From Planctomycetota bacterium (GTDB taxonomy: Bacteria > Planctomycetota > SZUA-567 > H5-PLA8): a stretch of 64,000 nucleotides of DNA. Positions 38,604 through 48,016 of the stretch are shown here, piece by piece. Within the stretch, counting starts at the first letter, position 1; every line of letters begins with the position of its first letter. Position numbers and translations under genes: made by a program. The stretch is from contig JAOSKN010000002.1 of NCBI GenBank assembly GCA_027493525.1, forward strand, positions 474,288 through 538,287. The letters run 5' to 3'. A model generated the notes under the pieces. The model saw nothing but the letters and a program-made list of their open reading frames with translations. It had not been told where the DNA came from and did no database searches.

Positions 38604-39518
38604 CTACTCGGACAGCCCGCGGCGGCGTATTTCGTCCGCCCGGGCGCGAACCTCGTCCTGCATCGTCAAGATGGCGGCCCTTCCTTTAGTGGAGAACTCA
38701 CAATCCGGACTATCTTTCAATAACGCGCCGGGGGTGGCTAATTCCTGCCGAACCGTCTCGGCGACGCAGGCGCGCGCGTCGAGCACCGAGACGCTTGCCG
38801 GGCCGCAGGCGGCCTGGCGGATCCGGCCCGTCCGGGCCATGTGCAGGTGGTGCCGGTCCTGAGGCTTATAGAATCCTCGCGGACCCAGCGGCGCCTGGGT
38901 CACGCGCACTTCGCGGGCGGTCCCGGCGTCATCCTCGACCCGCGCCATGGCCTCGGCCATGTACGGCAGGCCCAGCCATTCCTCGACCGCGTGGAGCGTC
39001 GTGTTGCAGACCATCGTCACGCCCAGGAAGACCAGCTTGGACGGCCCGCCGTCGGCCCGGACGTAGTGCGCGTAGGCGCCGTCCCAGCCGCCGAAGGTCG
39101 TCGTCTCGACGCCGTGGCCGGCCATCCACGCCGCGGCCCGCGGCCCGATGCAAGCGAGCGAGTGCGTCGGATGCCCGCTCCGCACGGCGTCCTTGCGCTT
39201 GCGGAAGAGTTCCGTGATCGCGCCCACCCGCGAGGGCGTCCGCGCCGGGTGGAAGGCCAGTCCGTCGGTCTTCGGGAGGCTCACGTACGTCGCCGTCAGC
39301 GCGGGCATGACCACGTGCCCCGCCGGGCCGACCGCCTCCAGCAAAGCATCGATGACGGCCTTGGGACCGCCGTCGAACGTCCCGAAGCTCTTGAGGGAAC
39401 TGTGGACCATCAACGTGTCGCCATGCGCGACGCCGCACGCGCGCAAGGCTTGTAGCAGCATGGAGGGTGTGGAAACCGCGGCGGGCGTCTCGGACATACG
39501 TGTAGTATGCCGGCTCAA
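38604..39518 (-). CDS. AAC(3)-family aminoglycoside/antibiotic N-acetyltransferase-like protein
   Basis: Family pattern LMVHSSLKSFG...GP.G..VMP, ...SGHPTHSLACIGP, VFLGVTMVCNTTLHAVEEW (PF02522-like). Confidence 0.7.
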   Translation of the reverse strand: MSRHTTRMSETPAAVSTPSMLLQALRACGVAHGDTLMVHSSLKSFGTFDGGPKAVIDALLEAVGPAGHVVMPALTATYVSLPKTDGLAFHPARTPSRVGAITELFRKRKDAVRSGHPTHSLACIGPRAAAWMAGHGVETTTFGGWDGAYAHYVRADGGPSKLVFLGVTMVCNTTLHAVEEWLGLPYMAEAMARVEDDAGTAREVRVTQAPLGPRGFYKPQDRHHLHMARTGRIRQAACGPASVSVLDARACVAETVRQELATPGALLKDSPDCEFSTKGRAAILTMQDEVRARADEIRRRGLSE

Positions 39519-39540
39519 GTTCCGAGTTCCAAGTTCCGAG
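39510..39540. repeat. GTTCCGAG/GTTCCAAG short tandem repeat (reverse complement CTCGGAACTTGGAACTCGGAAC), related to the octamer array at 56086
   Basis: Direct reading of gttccgagttccaagttccgag at the AAC(3) gene 5' end, downstream of the 39601..42057 gene. Confidence 0.6.
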
Positions 39541-39600
39541 CAGCGAATAAAGGCGGTCCTTAGCCACTCGCCGCTCGTGCCTTGACCCTCGAACCTGCCG

Positions 39601-42057
39601 TTAGAATTCGTCCGGCTTCTTAGGTTGGTCTTCCCGCGGCGGAGCCTGTTCGGGTTGCGCCGGCGGCGCGCCCTGGTCCTTACCGAACGCCTCCTTGGCC
39701 GCCTGCATCTTGGCGAAGCTGACGGGCACCTTCGTGACGCCCCGCCCTTCTTCCTTCAACTGGTCGATGCTCTCCTTGAGCGCCTGCTGGAAGGATTCCT
39801 CGTCGAGCCACTCCACGTGGCCGTCCGCGAAGAGCGCGTTGCGCCCTTCCGCGCCCAGGTCGATCTCTTCGTACGCGAGGATGCCGACCCCGTCGGCCAG
39901 GGTGTATCCGGCGAGGTAGATGTAGCCGATGTCCTGGCCGGGTCGCAGCGGATTCTGGAACAGCCGCGCGTCGACGATGTACCCGCCCATCAGTTGCGCC
40001 GGATCCTTGGGATAGCGCCCCTGGTTCGCCTCGACGTCGGCGAACATCATGCAGGCCTTGCCCATCTGCGAGAGGTTGCTCGCGCTCTGCGTGCGCTTGG
40101 CGTTGCCCCGGGCGCGCGCCAGCACCGGCAGAGCGAGGCCCGCGCCCACGGCCACGACCGCGATGGCCGCCAGTTCCGTGTTCCCGCCGCCGGGCATCGG
40201 AGGCGGCAGGTCGCTGCGCATGCGCCAGCCTTCCGGCGCGAACTCCAGCACCATCCCGTGCGGGGCGTCGAACTGCGCGAAGAAGCCCGCGTCGGGCCAG
40301 AGCCCCAGGTCCACGCCCTGCAGCAGGGACAGCAGCGTCCGACCCGCCGGGCGGCCCAAGAAACGGTTGACCGCGGCCAGCGGCGGCAGGTTCGGCAGGA
40401 CCGGCGCCTGCGGCGCCTGAAGGTTGGCCAGCGCGGGTTGCTCGGAGACCACGCAGAGCACCGCGGTGGCCGCGCCGAGCCCGATCATGCTCATTAGCAG
40501 CGTGCCCGTCCCCGATTCGTGCGCGTCCTCGTAGGCGAAGCCCGGCGGAAGCGCCGCCGGATCGAAGGGCCGCCCCGTCAGCCGCTCCAGCGTCTTGCGG
40601 AAGGGCTCGTGCGCGCGGAGGTCGTCGGGAGCCTTCAGTTGCTCCAGGCCCATCCGCATCGCGTTCGGCGCGTTCGAAAGGAGCAGCCGGTCCCCGACGA
40701 CCGCGAAGACCAGGCCGCCGCCGAGGATCTTCCCGGAGAGGTAGTGCGCCTTCTGCCCGCCGAAGTCGAGTTCCTTCCAGCGCAGGCTCTGGGTCAGTTC
40801 GGTCCCTTCGCGCTCGCCCGCCAGGAAGACGGCTTTCAGCTTCTCCAGGCACTCGGCCATCTTCTCCGGGCGGTGCAGCCCCACGGAACCCACCAGCCCC
40901 GGCCCCCAACTGACCAGCGGCGGCCCCGAATGCAGCCGCGTCGCCGCGAAGACATAATCGCCCTTCAGATTCGCCAGCAGGTCTTCCTGGAGCTTGAAGC
41001 CCAGCATCTGCTGCATCTGCTCCAGGGCCAGGTCGAGCATCCCTTCGTTCTGCTCCAGGGCCATGGCGTCGCGGACGAGAGGCAGCAGCTTGCTCGTATC
41101 GAAGCGCCAGCCGAAGGCGAACGGCGCGTCCTTGGCCACGAGCTTGAGCGCCTCGGCGGGGATCGGGTCGCGGCCCAGCATGCAATCCAGCAACGCCGCG
41201 CGCGCGCCGGCCTCGTTCAGGTTCATCCGCATCTCGCCCGACACGACGCCGTCACGCAGGCTCAGGCCAGCGCTCCACAGCCCCAGCTTGTCGAAGCCCA
41301 GGAGGCTGAAGGCCCGCCGCATCCGTTCACGCTCGTCTTCGGGCTCTTCTTTTTCGACCTCCTTCAGGATCTGCGGCCAAGCGAAGAAGCCCCAGCCGAG
41401 GCTGTCCTTGAAATGCTCCCGGGCGGCGGCGAAGCCGGGGAGCGCGGCGAGCCGCTTGCCGGGGTCGCCGCCCTGCGTGCGCGCGAATATCTGAGGCAGG
41501 ATCTCCGGCGGGTCCACGACCAGGAGCCCGTTCCCGACCAGCGTGGCGGCGGAGTCCTGGCCCAGGCCCAGTTCCAGGCGCTCCCCGTCCGGCGCTGGAG
41601 CGCGGCCCAGGTCCTTGGCCAGGCGTTCGCGCAGGCTGGCGCCCGGCCCGAACCGCACCAGCCCCGCCGCGTGCGCGTCTTGGGGGCCCGCGCCGCCGAA
41701 CCAGACGCCCACGTCGAGCCGCATGCCGAAGAGGAACGAACGCGCCTCGCCGAACTGCTCGAGCTTGGGCTCCTTGGCGCGGAACGCCTCCCACTGCTGC
41801 GCGATCCGCTCCACGGCCGGGGCGAAGAACGCCTGCATCTCGGGGCGGCGGAGCATCTCGGCGGTCCGCGTCGCGCCCAACTGCCGCTCGAGCCGGTCCA
41901 CGCTGGGCAGGAAGAAGCCCAGCACGGTCTCGGCGGGAAAGACCTCTTCGGCCGGAGGCACTTCGGCCTCGCCGGCGCGCGCCGGGATTGCGGCCAGCGC
42001 CAGAATCCACGCCGCCAGGATCGTGCGCGTCACGCCGCGCCGCCATCGATACGCCAT
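39601..42057 (-). CDS. large secreted protein (819 aa) with C-terminal internal DUF1559/pseudopilin-like module
   Basis: The real start is MAYRWRRGVTRTILAAWILALAAIPARAGEA (signal peptide); upstream of that the track ORF is Arg-rich junk. About 590 aa of unknown domain follow. The C-terminal about 170 aa read GNTELAAIAVVAVGAGLALPVLARARGNAKRTQSASNLSQMGKACMMF....NALFADGHVEWL. This matches the DUF1559 pilin-like helix (LLPAVQ.AREAARR.QC.NNLKQ.G) and its ending motif FADGSVRFL. Confidence 0.7.
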   Translation of the reverse strand: MAYRWRRGVTRTILAAWILALAAIPARAGEAEVPPAEEVFPAETVLGFFLPSVDRLERQLGATRTAEMLRRPEMQAFFAPAVERIAQQWEAFRAKEPKLEQFGEARSFLFGMRLDVGVWFGGAGPQDAHAAGLVRFGPGASLRERLAKDLGRAPAPDGERLELGLGQDSAATLVGNGLLVVDPPEILPQIFARTQGGDPGKRLAALPGFAAAREHFKDSLGWGFFAWPQILKEVEKEEPEDERERMRRAFSLLGFDKLGLWSAGLSLRDGVVSGEMRMNLNEAGARAALLDCMLGRDPIPAEALKLVAKDAPFAFGWRFDTSKLLPLVRDAMALEQNEGMLDLALEQMQQMLGFKLQEDLLANLKGDYVFAATRLHSGPPLVSWGPGLVGSVGLHRPEKMAECLEKLKAVFLAGEREGTELTQSLRWKELDFGGQKAHYLSGKILGGGLVFAVVGDRLLLSNAPNAMRMGLEQLKAPDDLRAHEPFRKTLERLTGRPFDPAALPPGFAYEDAHESGTGTLLMSMIGLGAATAVLCVVSEQPALANLQAPQAPVLPNLPPLAAVNRFLGRPAGRTLLSLLQGVDLGLWPDAGFFAQFDAPHGMVLEFAPEGWRMRSDLPPPMPGGGNTELAAIAVVAVGAGLALPVLARARGNAKRTQSASNLSQMGKACMMFADVEANQGRYPKDPAQLMGGYIVDARLFQNPLRPGQDIGYIYLAGYTLADGVGILAYEEIDLGAEGRNALFADGHVEWLDEESFQQALKESIDQLKEEGRGVTKVPVSFAKMQAAKEAFGKDQGAPPAQPEQAPPREDQPKKPDEF

Positions 42058-42215
42058 CGTCGTGCCTCCGCCGGGATGAGGGGAATCCGAGACTATGCCG
42101 ATTCTCTTACGCTTTCTTTTAGGTCGCCAAGGGCGGAGAGCAAGAAGAGGAATGCGACTGTTCCATTCGCGATTCTGCGCTGCGTTCTCCGCGACTCTGG
42201 GGTAAGTAGGTCGCC

Positions 42216-43610
42216 ATGCCCCTCCAGCGCCTCCCGCTCCTTGCCGCCGGCCCGCTCGCCGCGCTGCCCGATGGCTTCCGCGGCCTCGCCGGTTTCCCGA
42301 TCCGCTACGCGCAACCCGCCCTGCGGCTGCGCCTGGAGCGTCCGGCCGGGCGCGCCGCCGGGAAGCTGCTCCTGGTCGTGGGCCTCGACTGCCGCTTCGA
42401 GGCGGCCCTGACTTTCGAAGCCCCCTGGGCCGGCTGGAGCCAGCGCCTCGATGCGTCTTTCGTGAGCAGCGCGCAACGCCTGTACGTCGAACTCCCCGAA
42501 GCCGTCGTGGGCGGCCTGCACGCGCACGAGCTGCTCGTCGCGAACGAAGGCGAAGCGCCGCTGGCCTTCGTCGCGCCGGAGGCCGAGGCGCCCGGGCTGG
42601 TCCCGCGCGTGCTGCTCGGGCGGCCGGACGAGCCGGTCGGCGAGGCGCTCGAACGGCTCCGCGAGCCCGCGTACGCGCCGTTCGGCTGGATCGGCGGCTG
42701 CGTGCTGGAAGGCCTGCAGCTCCTGGGCGAGGCATCCGGCGACGCGCGCTGCCGCGCGGCGCAGGAGGCCCTGCTCGCGCGCTACCTCGGGCCGCAAGGG
42801 CTGGCCTTCGAAGACCCGCGCGGGCGGCTCACCACGGGCCAGGACGAGAGCATCGAATCGACGCTGCCGTATGCCACGCTGGCGCGCCTGCAACCCGGGC
42901 ATCCCGCGCTTGAGACCGCCCTGGCGGTCTGGAGCCGCAAGCGCCAGCCCGACGGCGGCGTGCGCGATCATAGCGACACCTGCGAAGGCAATTACACGGT
43001 GGCTTATCCCATGATGTTGCTGGGCCGCCAGAGTGGCGACGCGCGCCTCCTCGATTCCGCCCTGCGCCAGCTCCGCCGCCGCCGCGAAACCCTGGTCCTC
43101 GACGGCGACGTGTACCTGCGCCACGCCGACGGGCAGCGCTCGTTCCGCAACTGGACGCGCGGGATCTGCTGGTATCTGCTGGGCTTGGCCCGGACCCTGG
43201 AGGCGGCCGAACGGCCGCCCGCCGACCTGCTCGAACACCTCGCCGAACGCGCCGCCTGGATCGCCGCGCGCCAGCGCCCCGACGGGCTGTGGGACAACTT
43301 CCTGGACGAGCCCGGGCCGCCGCCGGATACCTCCGGCTCCTGCGGGATTGCCGCCGCGCTGCTGCGCGCCCGTCAGGCAGGGCTGCTCGAGGCGGATTGC
43401 GGCGAGCTTGCCGGGCGCGCCTTCGCGGCGGCCGCCGCCTTCCTTGCACCGGACGGGTATCTCGCCGGCGTGGCCCCGAACAACAAGCGCGGCGAGGCCG
43501 CCCAGCACACCGGGCGCCGCACCTGCGAACCCTTCGCGCTGGGGCTCTTCGGCCAGCTCGCGGCGGCGCTGTTGCGAGAGCGCCGCTGGAGCGTCAAAGC
43601 GCGGGCTTGA
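42216..43610 (+). CDS. putative six-hairpin glycoside hydrolase (GH88/GH105-like unsaturated glycuronyl hydrolase family)
   Basis: 464-aa ORF with alpha/alpha-toroid-like composition and a WTRGICWYLLGLARTL block. Assignment is tentative. Confidence 0.45.
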   Translation: MPLQRLPLLAAGPLAALPDGFRGLAGFPIRYAQPALRLRLERPAGRAAGKLLLVVGLDCRFEAALTFEAPWAGWSQRLDASFVSSAQRLYVELPEAVVGGLHAHELLVANEGEAPLAFVAPEAEAPGLVPRVLLGRPDEPVGEALERLREPAYAPFGWIGGCVLEGLQLLGEASGDARCRAAQEALLARYLGPQGLAFEDPRGRLTTGQDESIESTLPYATLARLQPGHPALETALAVWSRKRQPDGGVRDHSDTCEGNYTVAYPMMLLGRQSGDARLLDSALRQLRRRRETLVLDGDVYLRHADGQRSFRNWTRGICWYLLGLARTLEAAERPPADLLEHLAERAAWIAARQRPDGLWDNFLDEPGPPPDTSGSCGIAAALLRARQAGLLEADCGELAGRAFAAAAAFLAPDGYLAGVAPNNKRGEAAQHTGRRTCEPFALGLFGQLAAALLRERRWSVKARA

Positions 43611-43634
43611 CCGTCACGCCGGGATCCGGACCCG

Positions 43635-44945
43635 TCAGAAGCCCGCGCCCGGGTTGTGCTTGCGCAGGATCGCACGGCCGGAGTCGGCGCCGCGGTCCTT
43701 CGGCGCGGCGGGATCCCCGGTCTGCTGCAGCTCCCAGGCGCAGTGCATCCCGTAGACGTCCTCGGGGGAGAGGCTGTCGGTGGTCTCGCCGAAGAGCGCG
43801 AAGGTGATCGAGCCGACCATGCCCATGCCCCGCTCGTCGGCCCCGCCGGGTTCCTTGGCCCGGTAGGCGTACTTGAAGAGCCAGACGCGGCGGCGGTCGC
43901 CGGTGGGCGGCCAGAAGATCTCGCGCGTGTCGTACAGGGCCAGTTCGTCGGGCGCGCGCCCGAACTCGTTGGGGTGCTGGAGCCACTCGGACATCTCGGC
44001 GAGCGCCTTGAAGTCCGGGTCGCGGGCTTGGCCGGGGATCGCATCGGCGCGCCCCAGTTCTTCCAGGTAGCGCACGGCGCGCGCGCTGCAATGCGGCAGG
44101 CTCGCGCTCTGAATCAGCTTCTTCAGCCCGTTCTCGCTGCCGACCTTCGCCGAGGCCCACGCGGCCTCGAGCTGCACGCCGGGGTCGATGTGGTCCAGCG
44201 CCAGCGCCAGCAGTCCGTCGCGCTGCGGCTTGTCGACGAACGGGAGCGCCGCCGTCGCGCTGTGGGCCCGCGAAAAGGCCCCCGGATCCGAGTCGCGCAG
44301 GCAGGCTTCCAGGCGCTTGACGCCCTCCTCGCCGTTGAAGGGATGCCGGTCCAGCAGCCCCGCGCCCGCGCGCTGGTTGCACAGGTCCAGGAAGGCGACG
44401 CCCACGAACCCGTCCGGAAGGCGGCGGCGCAGCCGGTCGATCAGCTCGCCCGCCAGCGGATGGTCCTCTTCGAAGGCCGAGAAGACCACCGACCACATGT
44501 AGCCGCGGTTGAAGGGGTCGCGCGCGGCGGCGACGATCCGGCCGAGCGTCTCTTCGCAGGGATAATAAGCCAGGATCTTCAGCACGAACATGAGCTCGGA
44601 GCCGCAGAGCGGGTCGTCGGGCTTGCGCTCCAGCGCGGCGAGGCGCGCGTCGTACAGTTCGAGCAGCACGGGGATGCCGTCGGCCTTGAGCCGCGCGTAG
44701 GCGTCCTCTCCGGCGATCTGCTGAAAGAAGCCCGCCAGCGTGTGCAGGGGCGAGCGGATGAAGGCCTCGTCGTCCGCGCGGGGATGGTCGCGGTAGAAGC
44801 GCAGCGCCTCGCAAAGCACGCCCGCCTCGGCGCCGGTCTTCAACTCCAGGTCCGCGTAGTCGCCGAGGGTCGCGCGCAGGTCGGCGCCGGGCCGCAAGCC
44901 GCGCAGCAGCGCCTCGCGAAAGGCCTCGGGGTCGGCACTGCCCAT
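43635..44945 (-). CDS. hypothetical alpha-helical protein
   Basis: 436-aa ORF with protein-like composition (MFVLKILAYYPCEETLGRIVAAARDPFNRGYMWSVVFSAFEEDHP...). The plus-strand ORF 43656..44951 is its antisense shadow. Confidence 0.5.
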   Translation of the reverse strand: MGSADPEAFREALLRGLRPGADLRATLGDYADLELKTGAEAGVLCEALRFYRDHPRADDEAFIRSPLHTLAGFFQQIAGEDAYARLKADGIPVLLELYDARLAALERKPDDPLCGSELMFVLKILAYYPCEETLGRIVAAARDPFNRGYMWSVVFSAFEEDHPLAGELIDRLRRRLPDGFVGVAFLDLCNQRAGAGLLDRHPFNGEEGVKRLEACLRDSDPGAFSRAHSATAALPFVDKPQRDGLLALALDHIDPGVQLEAAWASAKVGSENGLKKLIQSASLPHCSARAVRYLEELGRADAIPGQARDPDFKALAEMSEWLQHPNEFGRAPDELALYDTREIFWPPTGDRRRVWLFKYAYRAKEPGGADERGMGMVGSITFALFGETTDSLSPEDVYGMHCAWELQQTGDPAAPKDRGADSGRAILRKHNPGAGF

Positions 44946-45006
44946 GCCTGAGCTATAGCGCGGGGGGGCCGGGAAGCAAACGCATCGCCGCGCGCAAGGA
45001 CCGCGG

Positions 45007-45765
45007 CTACACGCCGCGTTCGGCGCGCCGCCGCTCCAGCGCCGCGACGAGCTTCGCGAGGGTTTCCGCCTGCGACAGGAAGGTCGTGTCGATCTCGAGC
45101 GCGTCGTCGGCCTTCTTCAACGGCCCCACGGCGCGGCTGGCGTCCACGTGGTCGCGGTATTCGATCTGCTTACGCAGCCCGTCCAGGTCGTAGATCTCCC
45201 CGCGCGCCTGGAGTTCCGCCGCGCGCCGGCGCGTGCGTTCTTCCAGATCCGCCTGCACGTAGAACTTGATCAGCGCGTCGGGGAATACCACGGTCCCGAT
45301 GTCGCGCCCTTCCAGCACCACGCCCGGCGCGTGATGCTCCAGCACGTCCAGGGCCGCCTGCCGCATCTTCGCCACGAGCGCCTCGCGCACCTTGTCGTTG
45401 TTCACGACGGGCTTGAGCTTCTGCGTCAGCGCGGCGGTGAACAGTCCATCCGTCAAGTCGCGCCGCTTCGCGCCTTCGCGCCCCGCGACGACGAAACGCG
45501 GGTCGCCGGAGTTCGTCGCGCAGTCGTATTCGAACATCATGTCCCGCGCCACCTTCGCGACGCGCTCGCCGTCCTCCACGTCGATGCCGCCTTCCTCGAC
45601 CAGGTACGCCACCGCGCGGTACATCGCGCCCGTGTTCAGGTGCGCGAAGCCCACTTCCCGGGCCAGCATCCGCGCGGCGGTCGATTTTCCGCTCCCGGCG
45701 GGCCCGTCGATGGCCACGATCAGCGGGGGAGGCGTCGGCTTGGAGCTCATCCCTCCACTATCCAC
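45007..45765 (-). CDS. cmk: cytidylate kinase
   Basis: LIVAIDGPAGSGKSTAARMLAREVGFAHLNTGAMYRAVA and DIGTVVFPDALIKFYVQADLEERTRRR are hallmark Cmk blocks. Confidence 0.9.
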   Translation of the reverse strand: MDSGGMSSKPTPPPLIVAIDGPAGSGKSTAARMLAREVGFAHLNTGAMYRAVAYLVEEGGIDVEDGERVAKVARDMMFEYDCATNSGDPRFVVAGREGAKRRDLTDGLFTAALTQKLKPVVNNDKVREALVAKMRQAALDVLEHHAPGVVLEGRDIGTVVFPDALIKFYVQADLEERTRRRAAELQARGEIYDLDGLRKQIEYRDHVDASRAVGPLKKADDALEIDTTFLSQAETLAKLVAALERRRAERGV

Positions 45766-45824
45766 CGCCCCGCGCCGCTTTCAAGTTCGAGGGCCGCCGC
45801 GGCACCCCGACTTCCGGCGTTCCT

Positions 45825-47996
45825 TTGCCTTCCGAAGACATGCCGATACCTTCATCGAAACCCCCGGAAAGGCGCGCCATGTCCAGGTTCCCCAGCGATT
45901 ACCTCGAACGAGTCTACGCCGGCGTCCTCGGCAAGTTGATCGGCGTCTACCTGGGCCGGCCCTTCGAGGGCTGGGGCTACCGGCAGATCCTCGAGCGCCT
46001 CGGGCCGATCAGGTACTACGTCCACGAGCGCCTCGAAAAGCCGCTCGTCGTCACCGACGACGACATCTCCGGCACCTTTACCTTCGTCCGCGCCCTGGAG
46101 GACTTCGGCTGCCGCGCCGACCTCTCGGCCGCCGAGATCGGCCGCACCTGGCTCAACTACATCGTCGAGGACCGCGCCATCCTCTGGTGGGGCGGGATGG
46201 GCGCGAGCACCGAGCACACCGCCTTCGCCCGGCTCAAGAAGGGCATCGCGGCCCCGCGCAGCGGGAGCATGGAGCTGAACGGGCAGGTCGTGGCCGAGCA
46301 GATCGGCGCGCAGATCTTCATCGACGGCTGGGCGCTCGTCTGCCCCGGCGACCCCGAGCGCGCCGCCGCGCTGGCCGAACGCGCCGCCCGCGTCAGCCAC
46401 GACGGGGAAGCCGTCCACGGCGCCGTCGCTCTCGCGGCGATGGAGGCCCAGGCCTTTGTCGAGCCGGACATGGACAAGCTCTTCGACCTCGCGCGCCGCT
46501 TCGTCCCCGCCGACTGCGTCATCCGCCGCCTAACCGACGAGATCCGCGACTGGGCGCGCGCCGACCGCGACTGGGAAAAGACCTTCGCGCGCATCGAGGC
46601 CGCCTACGGCTACGATAAGTTCGGCGGCGGCTGCCACATGGTCCCCAACCATGCCGTGATCGTCCTCGCGCTGGCCTACGCCCCCGACGACTTCCAGCAG
46701 GCGCTCTTGATCGCCAACACCGCCGGCTGGGACACCGACTGCAACAGCGGGAACGTCGGCTGCCTGCTCGGGATCAAGCTGGGCCTCAAGGGGCTCGACG
46801 CCGGCCCCGACTGGCGCCAGCCCGTCGCCGACCGGCTGTTCCTGCCCACCGCCGACGGCGGGCGCTGCGTCACCGACGCCGCGCGCGAAACCTGCGAACT
46901 GGCAAAAACCGCGCACGCGCTGTACGGCGAGCCCTTCGCCGCGCCCAAGGGCGGCGCGCGCTTCCACTTCGAACTCCCCGGCAGCGTGCAGGGCTTCGCT
47001 TTCGAGGAAAGCCCCGAGTGCCGCTGCATCGGCGCCGTCTGGAATGCGGCCGGGCACGGCGCAGCGGGGCGGCGGCGCCTCGCGCTCGGCTACAACGGCC
47101 TGGCCCCCGGCCGCGCCGCGCGCGCCGCGACGCCCACGTTCATTGCGCCCGACGCCGCGAAGATGCCCGGCTACGGTCTGCTCGCCTCGCCCACCCTCTA
47201 CCCGGGCCAGACCCTCCGCGCCGCCGTGGAGGCCGACGCCCACAACGCCCAGCCCGTCAACGCCGGCCTGTACGTGCGCTACTACGGCGAACAGGACCGC
47301 CCGGCCTACGCGCGCGGCGAACCCCGCGCGCTGGCCCCGGGCGCGCGCGCGGAACTCGAATGGCTCGTGCCGGACCTCGGCGGCCGCCCGATCTTCGACG
47401 TGGGCCTCGAACTGGCCTCCACCGAACGCGCCGGCGGCGTCGTCTACCTCGACCGACTCGACTGGTCCGGGCCGCCGCGCGTCGTGTTCGGCCATTCCGG
47501 CGAGAAGGAGACCTTCTGGCAGCGCGCCTGGGTCAACGCCGCTGAGCGCGCCGGCTTCGGCGGCCCCGCGCGCCCCTACCGCATCCTGCAGGCTGAAGGC
47601 ACGGGGCTCCTGATCCAGGGGACGCGCGAATGGGCCGGCTACCGCGTCGAGGCGCTCACCGTCCCGCACCTCGCCGCCGACGCGGGGCTCGCCGCCTGCG
47701 TGCAGGGGCAGGAACGCTATTACGCGCTCGTCCTGTCCCATCCCAACCGGATTCGGCTCGTGAAGCGCTTCTACGGCGCGCGGGTCCTGGCCGAGGCCGC
47801 ATTCCCTTGGCGCTTCGACCAGCAGGTCGAACTGGCCCTGGAGACCCGCGGCGGCCGCCTTCGCGCCTTCGCCGGCGGGAAGCTCGTCCTGGAGGCCCGC
47901 GACGAGAAAGACCCGCTCGCTTCCGGAGCCGTCGCGCTGCTCTGCGCCGAAGGGCGCACCGATTGGGGTCCGGTGAAGGTGACGCCGCTGGATTGA
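45825..47996 (+). CDS. ADP-ribosylglycohydrolase family protein fused to a C-terminal about 370-aa beta-rich (DUF1080/jelly-roll-like) region
   Basis: ARH motifs (RVYAGVLGKLIGVYLGRPFEGW, ANTAGWDTDCNSGNVGCLLGIKLG). The C-terminal half (…YLDRLDWSGPPRVVFGHSGEKETFWQRAW…GAVALLCAEGRTDWGPVKVTPLD) looks like tandem concanavalin/DUF1080-like domains. The likely start is MSRFPSD at 45879. Confidence 0.7.
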   Translation: MPSEDMPIPSSKPPERRAMSRFPSDYLERVYAGVLGKLIGVYLGRPFEGWGYRQILERLGPIRYYVHERLEKPLVVTDDDISGTFTFVRALEDFGCRADLSAAEIGRTWLNYIVEDRAILWWGGMGASTEHTAFARLKKGIAAPRSGSMELNGQVVAEQIGAQIFIDGWALVCPGDPERAAALAERAARVSHDGEAVHGAVALAAMEAQAFVEPDMDKLFDLARRFVPADCVIRRLTDEIRDWARADRDWEKTFARIEAAYGYDKFGGGCHMVPNHAVIVLALAYAPDDFQQALLIANTAGWDTDCNSGNVGCLLGIKLGLKGLDAGPDWRQPVADRLFLPTADGGRCVTDAARETCELAKTAHALYGEPFAAPKGGARFHFELPGSVQGFAFEESPECRCIGAVWNAAGHGAAGRRRLALGYNGLAPGRAARAATPTFIAPDAAKMPGYGLLASPTLYPGQTLRAAVEADAHNAQPVNAGLYVRYYGEQDRPAYARGEPRALAPGARAELEWLVPDLGGRPIFDVGLELASTERAGGVVYLDRLDWSGPPRVVFGHSGEKETFWQRAWVNAAERAGFGGPARPYRILQAEGTGLLIQGTREWAGYRVEALTVPHLAADAGLAACVQGQERYYALVLSHPNRIRLVKRFYGARVLAEAAFPWRFDQQVELALETRGGRLRAFAGGKLVLEARDEKDPLASGAVALLCAEGRTDWGPVKVTPLD

Positions 47997-48016
47997 AGCG
48001 GGCGGGAAGGTCCGCG

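Noticed and set aside
39680-42411. ORFs 39680..41185 (-) and 40519..42411 (+)
   Set aside because: Alternative and antisense frames of the 39601..42057 gene. Their translations are dominated by Arg/Gly/Ala/Pro runs.
43656-44951. 431-aa plus-strand ORF and the Arg-rich 43594..44814 minus ORF
   Set aside because: Alternative frames of the 43635..44945 minus-strand gene with low-complexity translations.
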